47,975 nt of DNA, taken from positions 1-47,975 of the forward strand of contig CAYOYC010000002.1 in NCBI GenBank assembly GCA_964408125.1, written 5' to 3'. Below, in pieces: positions 40,878-47,975 of this stretch (its first letter is position 1; each line of letters begins with the position of its first letter). The translations under genes were made by a program, and so were the position numbers. This DNA comes from Candidatus Woesearchaeota archaeon (lineage in GTDB: Archaea; Nanobdellota; Nanobdellia; Pacearchaeales; GW2011-AR1). The notes below the pieces were generated by a model. That model did no database searches. It was not told where the DNA came from and saw only the letters and a list, made by a program, of their open reading frames with translations.

Positions 40878-42815
40878 ATGAGTAAATTTCGAGGAGGGCT
40901 GGTTGGGGCTATAGCTGCGGGTCTTCTATCTTTATCTGCGAATGTTTTGGGTGCGAATAATTATGTTTGGACAGATCCCTGGAGGGTTAAGGTTAGTTGT
41001 GATTTAAAATCTGCAGAGGGTGATGTATTAACAAATGCGGTTGATGTTTCTATGGAACAGGGGATAGATAATATTGCAGTTAGTGTGCTACCCAGAGATA
41101 TGGGCGAGAATTCTTCATGTATTCAATTAGATGGTAGGCGTAGTTCTGTTACTATTGCCCATCCTGGTTTAAATCTTGGAGATGGAGGACTTGTTGAATA
41201 TAAAAGAACTGAAGATAGAACTAAATATGTTGTTAAGGGGAAGGGCACGACAAATTTCTTGTCTGAAGAATTGGTTTCTCCAAAAAGATTGGAGGATATT
41301 CTTCCTGGATTTGGCGAGATTGCTCGTCGAGAAAGACCGGAAGAGCAATTTTCTATTTCACGTGTAGAGACTTCTTTTAAAAATGAAGGAGTGGGTATGA
41401 ATATTAAGGAAGAAAGTATAGATCAAATTCGTGGTACAGTGCGTGGCATTGCCGAACAGCTTGATGTTTTGAGGGTAGAACTTAATGTTGTTAACTCACC
41501 TGTCCAAAGGAGCAAGTGGTCTGGCGATTCATCTTTTTTTATAGCTGATGATGGGAATATTTATTGTTCTTATGATGGTAAAAATTATAGTATTGGTGGT
41601 GGTGAAGTTCAGGATAGGCTTAAAAATATTCCTCTCAGAAAAAAAATAGAAGATAGTAATAGGGAAAGATTGGGCTGGTATAGACATTATCAATTTGTTT
41701 TTAGTACAGATTCTGGTTCTATTGCAAGAGAGCCATTGGTGGGTGTTTTAGCTAAGCCGTCTTTTTTAATTGGGGGCAAAGAATATACTACACCAGAAAT
41801 ATTATTTAGAATGCAGTTGGATAAAAAGGCTACAGTTTCTGAGTATAAGGATGACAATGTTGCATTTATTAGACACCCCAATACTGAGGTGCTTGATTTT
41901 GTTGGCAGAGAGTTTGTGTGGGGCAACCCGAAGGGATATCCTCATTCTATCCCCGTAGAAAGATCTTGTATTAATGGGGAGTGGGTTAGATATTGGAATG
42001 TATTAATGGATGGTGTTAAAGACAGGGGAGTGAGGGGGATAGAGTATGTTAATTTTGGGCAACTAGAAGGAATAATTGAACAAAAGAATCTCGTGGTTCT
42101 TAGGGATTTAACTAATGGGAGGAGAGCACTTTATGTTAGGGAGGGGGAAACTATTAATGATAGCTGGGGCACTATTAAGCCAGGAGAGGGGATATTAGAT
42201 ATTCCGCCTGAATTTATTGGTTCGGTTTCTGATGTTGTTAGGTTTAATCAGCTTTCACCATTAGTTGTAAGATCAAAGTCATCCGTTGGAGCAGTTCTAA
42301 GTAGAAATATGCGTCCAGGGAACGATATTCCCGAATTTTGGATAGCTTCGGATGTGAAATATGAAGCGGCTGCTGAGAGAAGGAAAGATGAAAACTTGGG
42401 GGAGATACCTGTTAGACAGTTAGCTTTAGGCATAATGATGAATGGATATAGGGCTAGTCCGGCAGATTTTTGGTTTTTTATGGACGATGATTATTATAAA
42501 GCGACTAAGGGGAGGGGCTTTGAGGTACAAAATATATCTTACCCCATATTTCATACATACATGGAAACGCAAGTTTCGAACTATCAGAATAAACAATTGC
42601 TTTCTCCTAGAAAAACAAATATTCCTGGAATTTATTCAATTCCCTTTAAGGATGATGGTTCGTTTCATGATGTGGAGATAATAGGTTCAAAATCTTCAAA
42701 TGGTATGTTGGTTGGTGGTAAGGATACACCATTAGGGCTTAGTGAAGTTATATCATATTGCGTTTGGCCAAAATTATTGCCTAGTGCGGCTGCTGAGGAG
42801 CTTCTTGGAAAGTAG
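40878..42815 (+). CDS. Secreted 645-aa hypothetical protein
   Basis: Signal peptide MSKFRGGLVGAIAAGLLSLSANVLGA. No TM segment elsewhere and no recognisable motif. G+C is higher than in the neighbours. Confidence 0.6.
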   Translation: MSKFRGGLVGAIAAGLLSLSANVLGANNYVWTDPWRVKVSCDLKSAEGDVLTNAVDVSMEQGIDNIAVSVLPRDMGENSSCIQLDGRRSSVTIAHPGLNLGDGGLVEYKRTEDRTKYVVKGKGTTNFLSEELVSPKRLEDILPGFGEIARRERPEEQFSISRVETSFKNEGVGMNIKEESIDQIRGTVRGIAEQLDVLRVELNVVNSPVQRSKWSGDSSFFIADDGNIYCSYDGKNYSIGGGEVQDRLKNIPLRKKIEDSNRERLGWYRHYQFVFSTDSGSIAREPLVGVLAKPSFLIGGKEYTTPEILFRMQLDKKATVSEYKDDNVAFIRHPNTEVLDFVGREFVWGNPKGYPHSIPVERSCINGEWVRYWNVLMDGVKDRGVRGIEYVNFGQLEGIIEQKNLVVLRDLTNGRRALYVREGETINDSWGTIKPGEGILDIPPEFIGSVSDVVRFNQLSPLVVRSKSSVGAVLSRNMRPGNDIPEFWIASDVKYEAAAERRKDENLGEIPVRQLALGIMMNGYRASPADFWFFMDDDYYKATKGRGFEVQNISYPIFHTYMETQVSNYQNKQLLSPRKTNIPGIYSIPFKDDGSFHDVEIIGSKSSNGMLVGGKDTPLGLSEVISYCVWPKLLPSAAAEELLGK

Positions 42816-42854
42816 TTTCTAAAACTTTATAAATTGAGGTTTGATTGAATAACT

Positions 42855-44339
42855 ATGGTTGAGAAGAAGGAAGCGAAGATAACTGTTGAAGAGTTGGCTA
42901 ATTTTTGTAAAGCTGAAGGATTTGTTTTTAGGTCGAGTGATATTTATGGTGGGTTTTCTGGTTTTTGGGATTTTGGTCCGTTGGGAGTTGAATTGTTTAA
43001 TAACATAAAAAAAGACTGGTGGAATTATTTTGTACATCAAAAAGAGAATATGGTTGGGATTGAGGCTTCTATAATTTCTAATCCAAAAACATGGGTTGCC
43101 TCTGGACATGTTGCTAATTTTAATGATGTTGCGGTTTATTGTCCTAAGTGTAAATTATCAACAAAAATTGATAAGTCCGAAGTTGGGAAAGTTAAGTGTG
43201 AGAAGTGCGGAGGAGAATACGATGTTAAAGGGGAGTTTAGTTTGATGTTTAAAACGAAAGTTGGAGCGATGGACGCTGTCGATGCTTATTTGAGAGGAGA
43301 AACTGCGCAGGGAATGTTTTTAGATTTTAAGAATGTTCAGCAAACTTCAAGAATGAACTTGCCGTTTGGTATTGCTCAAATTGGAAGATGTTTTAGAAAT
43401 GAAATTGCACCAAGAGATTTTTTATTTAGGAGTAGAGAGTTTCATATTGGGGAGTTTGAATTTTTTATAAATCCAGAAGAAAAAAAATGTGATTTATTGG
43501 AGAAAAAACAATTAGATGTTAAAGTGCGATTGCTTGATGAAGAAACTCAAAAGGCTGGGAAGAGTACTTTAAGGGAAACAACTATCGGTGATATGTTAAA
43601 GAAGGGTAAACTGGAAGAATGGCATGCATATTGGTTGGCAGAACAAGTTTTATGGTTTAAGCAAATAGGATTAAAAGAAATTAAGATAAGAGAGCATACC
43701 AAAGACGAATTATCACATTATTCTTCCGCTACTTTTGATATAGATTATGAATATCCATTTGGATCTAAAGAGGTTGCTGGAAATGCGAATAGGGGACAAT
43801 ATGATTTAACTCAACATTCTAAAGCAAGTGGAGAAAAAATGGAAGTATTTGATGAGAAATATAAGAATAAAGTAATTCCTAGGGTTATTGAACCTACATT
43901 CGGTATGGAAAGAGTTTTCTTGGCGTTACTTACAAAAGTATATTATTTTGATGAGAAAAGAAAGAATGTTGTTTTGAAATTACCCGCTAAGTTATCTCCT
44001 GTTAAGGCAGCTGTTTTTCCAATAATAAAAGATGAAAAGTATGAGAAGATTGCTAAAGAAATTGTTTTTGATTTGAGGAAAGAGTGGAATGTAACCTATG
44101 ATAAATCTGGTTCGATTGGAAGAAGGTATTCTAGAAATGACGAGATTGGGACGGTGATGTGTATTACGGTTGATGAAGATAGCCCGAAAGATAAATCCTG
44201 TACTATTCGTGATAGAGATACTACAAAACAGGTTCGTGTCAAGATTTCTGAGTTGAGAGATGTTGTCAGAAAAGTTGTTGAAGGAGAAGATGTTTTGAAA
44301 TTTGGAAAACTTGTCGAGACGAGAGTGAAGGAAGATTAA
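42855..44339 (+). CDS. glyS: Glycine--tRNA ligase (archaeal/eukaryotic alpha2 type)
   Basis: 'FRSSDIYGGFSGFWDFGPLGVEL', 'RGETAQGMF', 'GRCFRNEIAPR' and 'EPTFGMERV'. Confidence 0.95.
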   Translation: MVEKKEAKITVEELANFCKAEGFVFRSSDIYGGFSGFWDFGPLGVELFNNIKKDWWNYFVHQKENMVGIEASIISNPKTWVASGHVANFNDVAVYCPKCKLSTKIDKSEVGKVKCEKCGGEYDVKGEFSLMFKTKVGAMDAVDAYLRGETAQGMFLDFKNVQQTSRMNLPFGIAQIGRCFRNEIAPRDFLFRSREFHIGEFEFFINPEEKKCDLLEKKQLDVKVRLLDEETQKAGKSTLRETTIGDMLKKGKLEEWHAYWLAEQVLWFKQIGLKEIKIREHTKDELSHYSSATFDIDYEYPFGSKEVAGNANRGQYDLTQHSKASGEKMEVFDEKYKNKVIPRVIEPTFGMERVFLALLTKVYYFDEKRKNVVLKLPAKLSPVKAAVFPIIKDEKYEKIAKEIVFDLRKEWNVTYDKSGSIGRRYSRNDEIGTVMCITVDEDSPKDKSCTIRDRDTTKQVRVKISELRDVVRKVVEGEDVLKFGKLVETRVKED

Positions 44340-44340
44340 A

Positions 44341-44541
44341 ATGAGTATAATTAATGAACTTGCTGAAAGAGGACTTATTAATAGAGAAGATGTCCCAAGG
44401 GGATCAAGCGATACTCCGTGGACCAGATTGCATGCTGAATTGTGTGATCCGTATAGTCAGTTATCTCAAGATGTACATTATACATTAGGGCAACAGGCTA
44501 GAAATTATTCTGCTGTTTCACAAAGAGTGGTTGGAAGTTAA
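44341..44541 (+). CDS. Hypothetical 66-aa ORF (doubtful)
   Basis: Starts 1 nt after the glyS stop. Its composition differs from the neighbours and no motif was recognised. Confidence 0.3.
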   Translation: MSIINELAERGLINREDVPRGSSDTPWTRLHAELCDPYSQLSQDVHYTLGQQARNYSAVSQRVVGS

Positions 44542-45149
44542 TTTTCTTTTGTATTAATTGTTCTAATGTCTATCTTCTTATTCGAGTCTGTTTTTATTAG
44601 AAAATAGTCGCTGGTTATTATTTTATTTTTGTTTTTGTCTAGATTGGTTAAAATTATTTTTTCTTTTGTCTTTGCGTTTACAAATATTAGCAAGAAGGAG
44701 TGGATTATTTTTTGCTGTTTTGTTTTTACTTGTTCTAGAGATATTGAATTTATTTTTTCTAGTTTTACGTTTATACCATATTTTTCTTTCATTATTCTAG
44801 TTACTGCATTTTCTATGGATTCTCCAACAAGGATTCTACCCCCGGGCATACTTAGTAAGTTTTTGAAGGGTCTTTTTTTTCGTGTTATTAAAAAACATTC
44901 TTCTGAATTTCCAATATGTATTAGCACTGCGGGCAATGTAGAGTCTTTTTCTGAAAGGAATGGGATTATTCTTTGGGATGTATCAGATAGCAAATAGTGT
45001 TTTCCCTCTTTTTTCAATATACCCCCTTTAGTCAATTTTTTTAAGTGATATGTTAGTTTGTTTGACCTTACGTTTAGTGCCTTCTCCATATCGGAGAATT
45101 TAAGTTTTTCTTCATATTGGAATAATTTTAAAATGTCCATTTTAGTCAA
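44538..45149 (-). CDS. Winged-HTH (ArsR-like) domain fused to a NUDIX hydrolase domain
   Basis: N-terminal 'FSDMEKALNVRSNKLTYHLKKLTKGGIL' and a Nudix-box-like 'MPGGRILVGESIENAVTRIMKEKYGI'. Confidence 0.65.
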   Translation of the reverse strand: MTKMDILKLFQYEEKLKFSDMEKALNVRSNKLTYHLKKLTKGGILKKEGKHYLLSDTSQRIIPFLSEKDSTLPAVLIHIGNSEECFLITRKKRPFKNLLSMPGGRILVGESIENAVTRIMKEKYGINVKLEKINSISLEQVKTKQQKIIHSFLLIFVNAKTKEKIILTNLDKNKNKIITSDYFLIKTDSNKKIDIRTINTKEN

Positions 45150-45191
45150 ATTTTTTGAGGGAGCGTTTATATATAAATACTTCTGAATGAG

Positions 45192-45746
45192 ATGATGAAA
45201 AAATTAACAGACTTATTTAAGAAATTTAGGAAGAAGGAGAAACTTAAAGAGAAAGTAGGGGTGCGGGAAAAGGTTTCACAAAGTGATGAACTCTCTCAGT
45301 TTTTAGTAAGTCAGGAGGGGCCCAGTGGTTGGACTTACTCTAAATTAGACAAGGACGGACTTAGGTTTAGATATGACCACCCAGGGATTTGGGTCATGAA
45401 TAACCAAGATTTACATCGTTCTCTTGAGAGAATAAGGCAATATGGGATGGAAGGAAAATCTTGTTATAATTGTTTCATGAATCCGAAAGGTTTTTGTGGA
45501 GACTGCTATTTTGGATATCTGGAGGCTGCAGACCAGGATTTTGCATGTAGTTTAGATAATACTGTTGAATTATTAACAAAAAGAAGACCACATGAAGAAG
45601 AAACTGAGGCGGTAAAATTTGAAATTGCTCAGCAGTATCATGAACAATTACATATAAGGCATTCCTTATCTATGCCCATATATTCAGAATCGTTGACTAT
45701 CTTAAAAGATATTTTATATAAATTATGGAAAACTGGATATGTATGA
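45192..45746 (+). CDS. Hypothetical Cys-rich protein
   Basis: 'KSCYNCFMNPKGFCGDCYFGY' is a CxxC...CxxC cluster. It overlaps the next gene by 8 nt. Confidence 0.5.
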   Translation: MMKKLTDLFKKFRKKEKLKEKVGVREKVSQSDELSQFLVSQEGPSGWTYSKLDKDGLRFRYDHPGIWVMNNQDLHRSLERIRQYGMEGKSCYNCFMNPKGFCGDCYFGYLEAADQDFACSLDNTVELLTKRRPHEEETEAVKFEIAQQYHEQLHIRHSLSMPIYSESLTILKDILYKLWKTGYV

Positions 45747-46245
45747 TCAAAATAAGGCACACTATATTGTTGTAACGGGAATAATTGTTAGAAATGGGAA
45801 GTTTCTGATTACTAAAAGAGCGGATTGGGAAAAGGCATTCCCCGGGAGATGGACAGTCCCTGGTGGGAAACTAGAGGAATCAGATTATACCTCTAGAGAT
45901 AAAGATACGGAACATCATTGGTATAATGTTTTAGAAGATGTCTTAAAACGAGAATTAAAAGAAGAAGTTAATTTGGAAATTAAAAATATTGGTTATGTTA
46001 CTAGTTTAGTTTATATTAGACCCGATGGGATTCCGTGCTTGATAGCGAGTTTATTCGCGGAGCCCAAAGATGAGAGCGTAGATATAAAACTTTGTGATGC
46101 TCTTTCTGAATTTGTTTGGGTTGATTTGGAGGAAGCAAAAAAATATGATTTGATTGAGGGAATTTATGATGAGTTGACTATACTGGATGGATTTCTTAAG
46201 TCTGGAAAACATATGGATTGGAAAGGGCCTAGTAGAACATTTTAA
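45739..46245 (+). CDS. NUDIX hydrolase
   Basis: 'WTVPGGKLEE ... LEDVLKRELKEEVNLEI' is a Nudix box containing an insertion. Confidence 0.75.
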   Translation: MYDQNKAHYIVVTGIIVRNGKFLITKRADWEKAFPGRWTVPGGKLEESDYTSRDKDTEHHWYNVLEDVLKRELKEEVNLEIKNIGYVTSLVYIRPDGIPCLIASLFAEPKDESVDIKLCDALSEFVWVDLEEAKKYDLIEGIYDELTILDGFLKSGKHMDWKGPSRTF

Positions 46246-46260
46246 AAATCCAATTTGCTT

Positions 46261-47016
46261 ATGTCTGTTATGAATCCGGTTTGGCTATATTCATTAGTTA
46301 GTGTATTTATTGTTAGTTTAATAGCGCTTGTTGGGTTGGTTACTTTATCTATTAGTTCTGAAAAATTGAAGAAGGTTTTAATTTATTTGATTAGTTTTTC
46401 TGCGGGTGCTTTATTTGGAGATGCGTTTTTGCACTTATTGCCCGAAATTGCCGAAAATGGAATTTCGATAGGAGTTTCGCTTTCTATTATTTTTGGAATT
46501 ATTTTGTTTTTTTCTTTGGAAAAAGTTATTCACTGGAGACATTGTCATATGCCAATAACAAAGACACATGTTCACCCGTTTGCATATATGAATTTATTTG
46601 GAGACGCGTTGCATAATTTTATTGATGGTCTAATTATTGCTGCAAGTTATATTGTAAGTGTTCCTGCAGGAATTGCTACAACAATTGCAGTTTTATTACA
46701 TGAAATTCCCCAAGAAATAGGAGATTTTGGAGTTTTGATTTATGCAGGATTTTCTAAAGGAAGAGCAATACTTCTAAATTTTGTTACGGCATTGACAGCC
46801 TTCTTTGGTGTAGTCGTTGCTCTTTTGTTGAGTAATTGGTTTGCTGGAGTAGAACAATATTTTGTGGCTTTAGCTATCGGAGGATTTTTGTATATAGCGG
46901 GAAGCGATTTAATTCCTGAGTTGCATAAAGAGACAAGGATGAAGGTGTCGTTGTTACAGTTATTAACCTTTATTTTGGGTGTTTTGGTTATGATGAGCTT
47001 ACTTTTGTTGGAATGA
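46261..47016 (+). CDS. ZIP-family divalent metal transporter (ZupT-like)
   Basis: 'GDALHNFIDGL' and 'HEIPQEIGDFGVL'. Multiple TM segments. I chose ATG 46261 over the listed TTG 46255. Confidence 0.85.
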   Translation: MSVMNPVWLYSLVSVFIVSLIALVGLVTLSISSEKLKKVLIYLISFSAGALFGDAFLHLLPEIAENGISIGVSLSIIFGIILFFSLEKVIHWRHCHMPITKTHVHPFAYMNLFGDALHNFIDGLIIAASYIVSVPAGIATTIAVLLHEIPQEIGDFGVLIYAGFSKGRAILLNFVTALTAFFGVVVALLLSNWFAGVEQYFVALAIGGFLYIAGSDLIPELHKETRMKVSLLQLLTFILGVLVMMSLLLLE

Positions 47017-47058
47017 TAAGATTATTAAACGAGTTAAGATTATTATCTTTGAGGTGAT

Positions 47059-47859
47059 ATGGGAATAACTATTAGTTTTGTATCTGTTAAAGGAGGCGTT
47101 GGTAAGACAATGTTAGCTCTTGAAACTGCTTCTGCTTTAGCGAATGATTTTGGGAAGAAAGTTTTACTTGTGGATGCAAATTTTTCTGCACCAAATATAG
47201 GTTTGCATTTGGATATGAAAGATGGTTTGACTTTACATGATGTTTTGGGAGATAAGGAGGGATTACATGCTGCAATTTATGAGTCTTTTGGGATGGATGT
47301 TGTTCCATCTTCTTTACATTTTAAAGATGAAATTGACCCATATAAGTTAAAAAAAGTTTTAGAAAAACATAGAGCGAGATATGATTTTATTATTATTGAT
47401 TCTTCGCCCCATTATTCTGAGATGTTGCCAGCGATTGCGGCTGCTGATAAAATTTTTGTTGTTACAACTCCAGATAGAGTTACTTTGCAAACTTCTCTTA
47501 AAGCGGCAATATTGGCTAAGAAAAATAATGCGAATGTTGAGGGGGTTATAATAAATCGTATAAAAGATTCACTTTATGAAGCGGATTTGAAAGATGTTGA
47601 GTATATTATAGAATTACCAGTTGTTGCGAGGATAAAGGATCATAAAAAAATGTTAGAGGCAAATCATTTTATGGTTCCAATTACTCTTTATGATAGTTTA
47701 AATGAAATTTCTAGAGAAATAAAAAGATTAGCTGGCGTATTGGCAGGAGAGAAAGAGAAGAGAGGGTTCTTTATTAGGATATTTGGTAAACGTTTTAAAA
47801 AAGAAAGTGTAAATAGAGAGTGTTTGAGGCAGAAACTTTACGAATCTCCGTTGGTTTGA
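47059..47859 (+). CDS. MinD/ParA-family P-loop ATPase
   Basis: Deviant Walker A 'VKGGVGKT' and 'IIIDSSP'. Confidence 0.85.
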   Translation: MGITISFVSVKGGVGKTMLALETASALANDFGKKVLLVDANFSAPNIGLHLDMKDGLTLHDVLGDKEGLHAAIYESFGMDVVPSSLHFKDEIDPYKLKKVLEKHRARYDFIIIDSSPHYSEMLPAIAAADKIFVVTTPDRVTLQTSLKAAILAKKNNANVEGVIINRIKDSLYEADLKDVEYIIELPVVARIKDHKKMLEANHFMVPITLYDSLNEISREIKRLAGVLAGEKEKRGFFIRIFGKRFKKESVNRECLRQKLYESPLV

Positions 47860-47893
47860 TAAAATTTAAATAGTCTCTTGCCTCGGGACTATT

Positions 47894-47975
47894 ATGTTTA
47901 AGTTAAGTAAAAGAGGTATTTCGGATGTTGTGACAACTGTTTTAATTATTGCTCTAACTATTGTTGCTATTTCGG
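47894..47975 (+). CDS. Archaeal type IV pilin/archaellin-like protein, 5' partial (runs off the window)
   Basis: MFKLSKRGISDVVTTVLIIALTIVAIS has a class III signal (KRG/ISDVV) followed by a hydrophobic helix. A TATA 'aatttaaatag' lies about 25 nt upstream. Confidence 0.6.
   Translation, partial: MFKLSKRGISDVVTTVLIIALTIVAIS

Noticed and set aside
41176-42681. Internal ORFs 41176-41367, 41690-41926, 41770-41958, 42248-42433 and 42442-42681.
   Set aside because: All lie within the continuous 645-aa secreted-protein ORF, in other frames or on the other strand.
1-47975. I looked for CRISPR arrays, rRNA genes, integrase, transposase or reverse-transcriptase genes and long tandem repeats.
   Set aside because: I found no regularly spaced direct repeats, no long GC-rich structured RNA stretch, and no ORF with recombinase-like or RT-like motifs. 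The only exact long repeat I found is the 48-nt tRNA-Thr fragment.

Overview
AT-rich, very compact archaeal chromosome segment. Sampled 60-nt lines gave about 28-42 % G+C, and convergent genes are often 0-4 nt apart. The gene content looks like a small-genome, DPANN-like archaeon. Archaeal markers are TFB, ribosomal proteins S15, S3Ae, L44e and S8e, an LSm protein, Bud32, a GINS subunit, a RecJ/GAN-like DHH protein, SRP54 plus FtsY, RNase Z, an archaeal-type GlyRS, and a tRNA with a 37/38 intron. Most genes have a TATA-like box about 25 nt upstream of the ATG, which implies leaderless transcripts. A few genes instead carry a GGAGGTG Shine-Dalgarno (10696, 19762).

I can support about 55 protein genes and six tRNA genes: Gln-UUG, Thr-UGU with intron, Val-GAC, Leu-UAG, Arg-UCU and Cys-GCA. 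There is also one orphan 48-nt copy of the tRNA-Thr 3' part, a RelE/AbrB toxin-antitoxin cassette, a frameshifted LAGLIDADG endonuclease remnant, and several small unlisted ORFs and palindromic operator candidates. I saw no rRNA, CRISPR array, integrase or transposase.

Three regions have no recognisable family and deserve most attention:
- 12.0-18.8 kb: a tandem array of paralogous polytopic membrane proteins with a conserved C-terminal module and unrelated ectodomains.
- 24.4-32.7 kb: an operon of a 612-aa protein with a prepilin-like signal and a 1882-aa secreted Cys-rich giant, with a convergent lipoprotein-like gene.
- 18.8-21.6 kb: a 2.7-kb segment bounded by an exact 48-nt repeat of the tRNA-Thr 3' part. 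This is either an integration relic or an orphan tRNA 3' half.

All functional calls come from motif recognition by eye. No database search was run.
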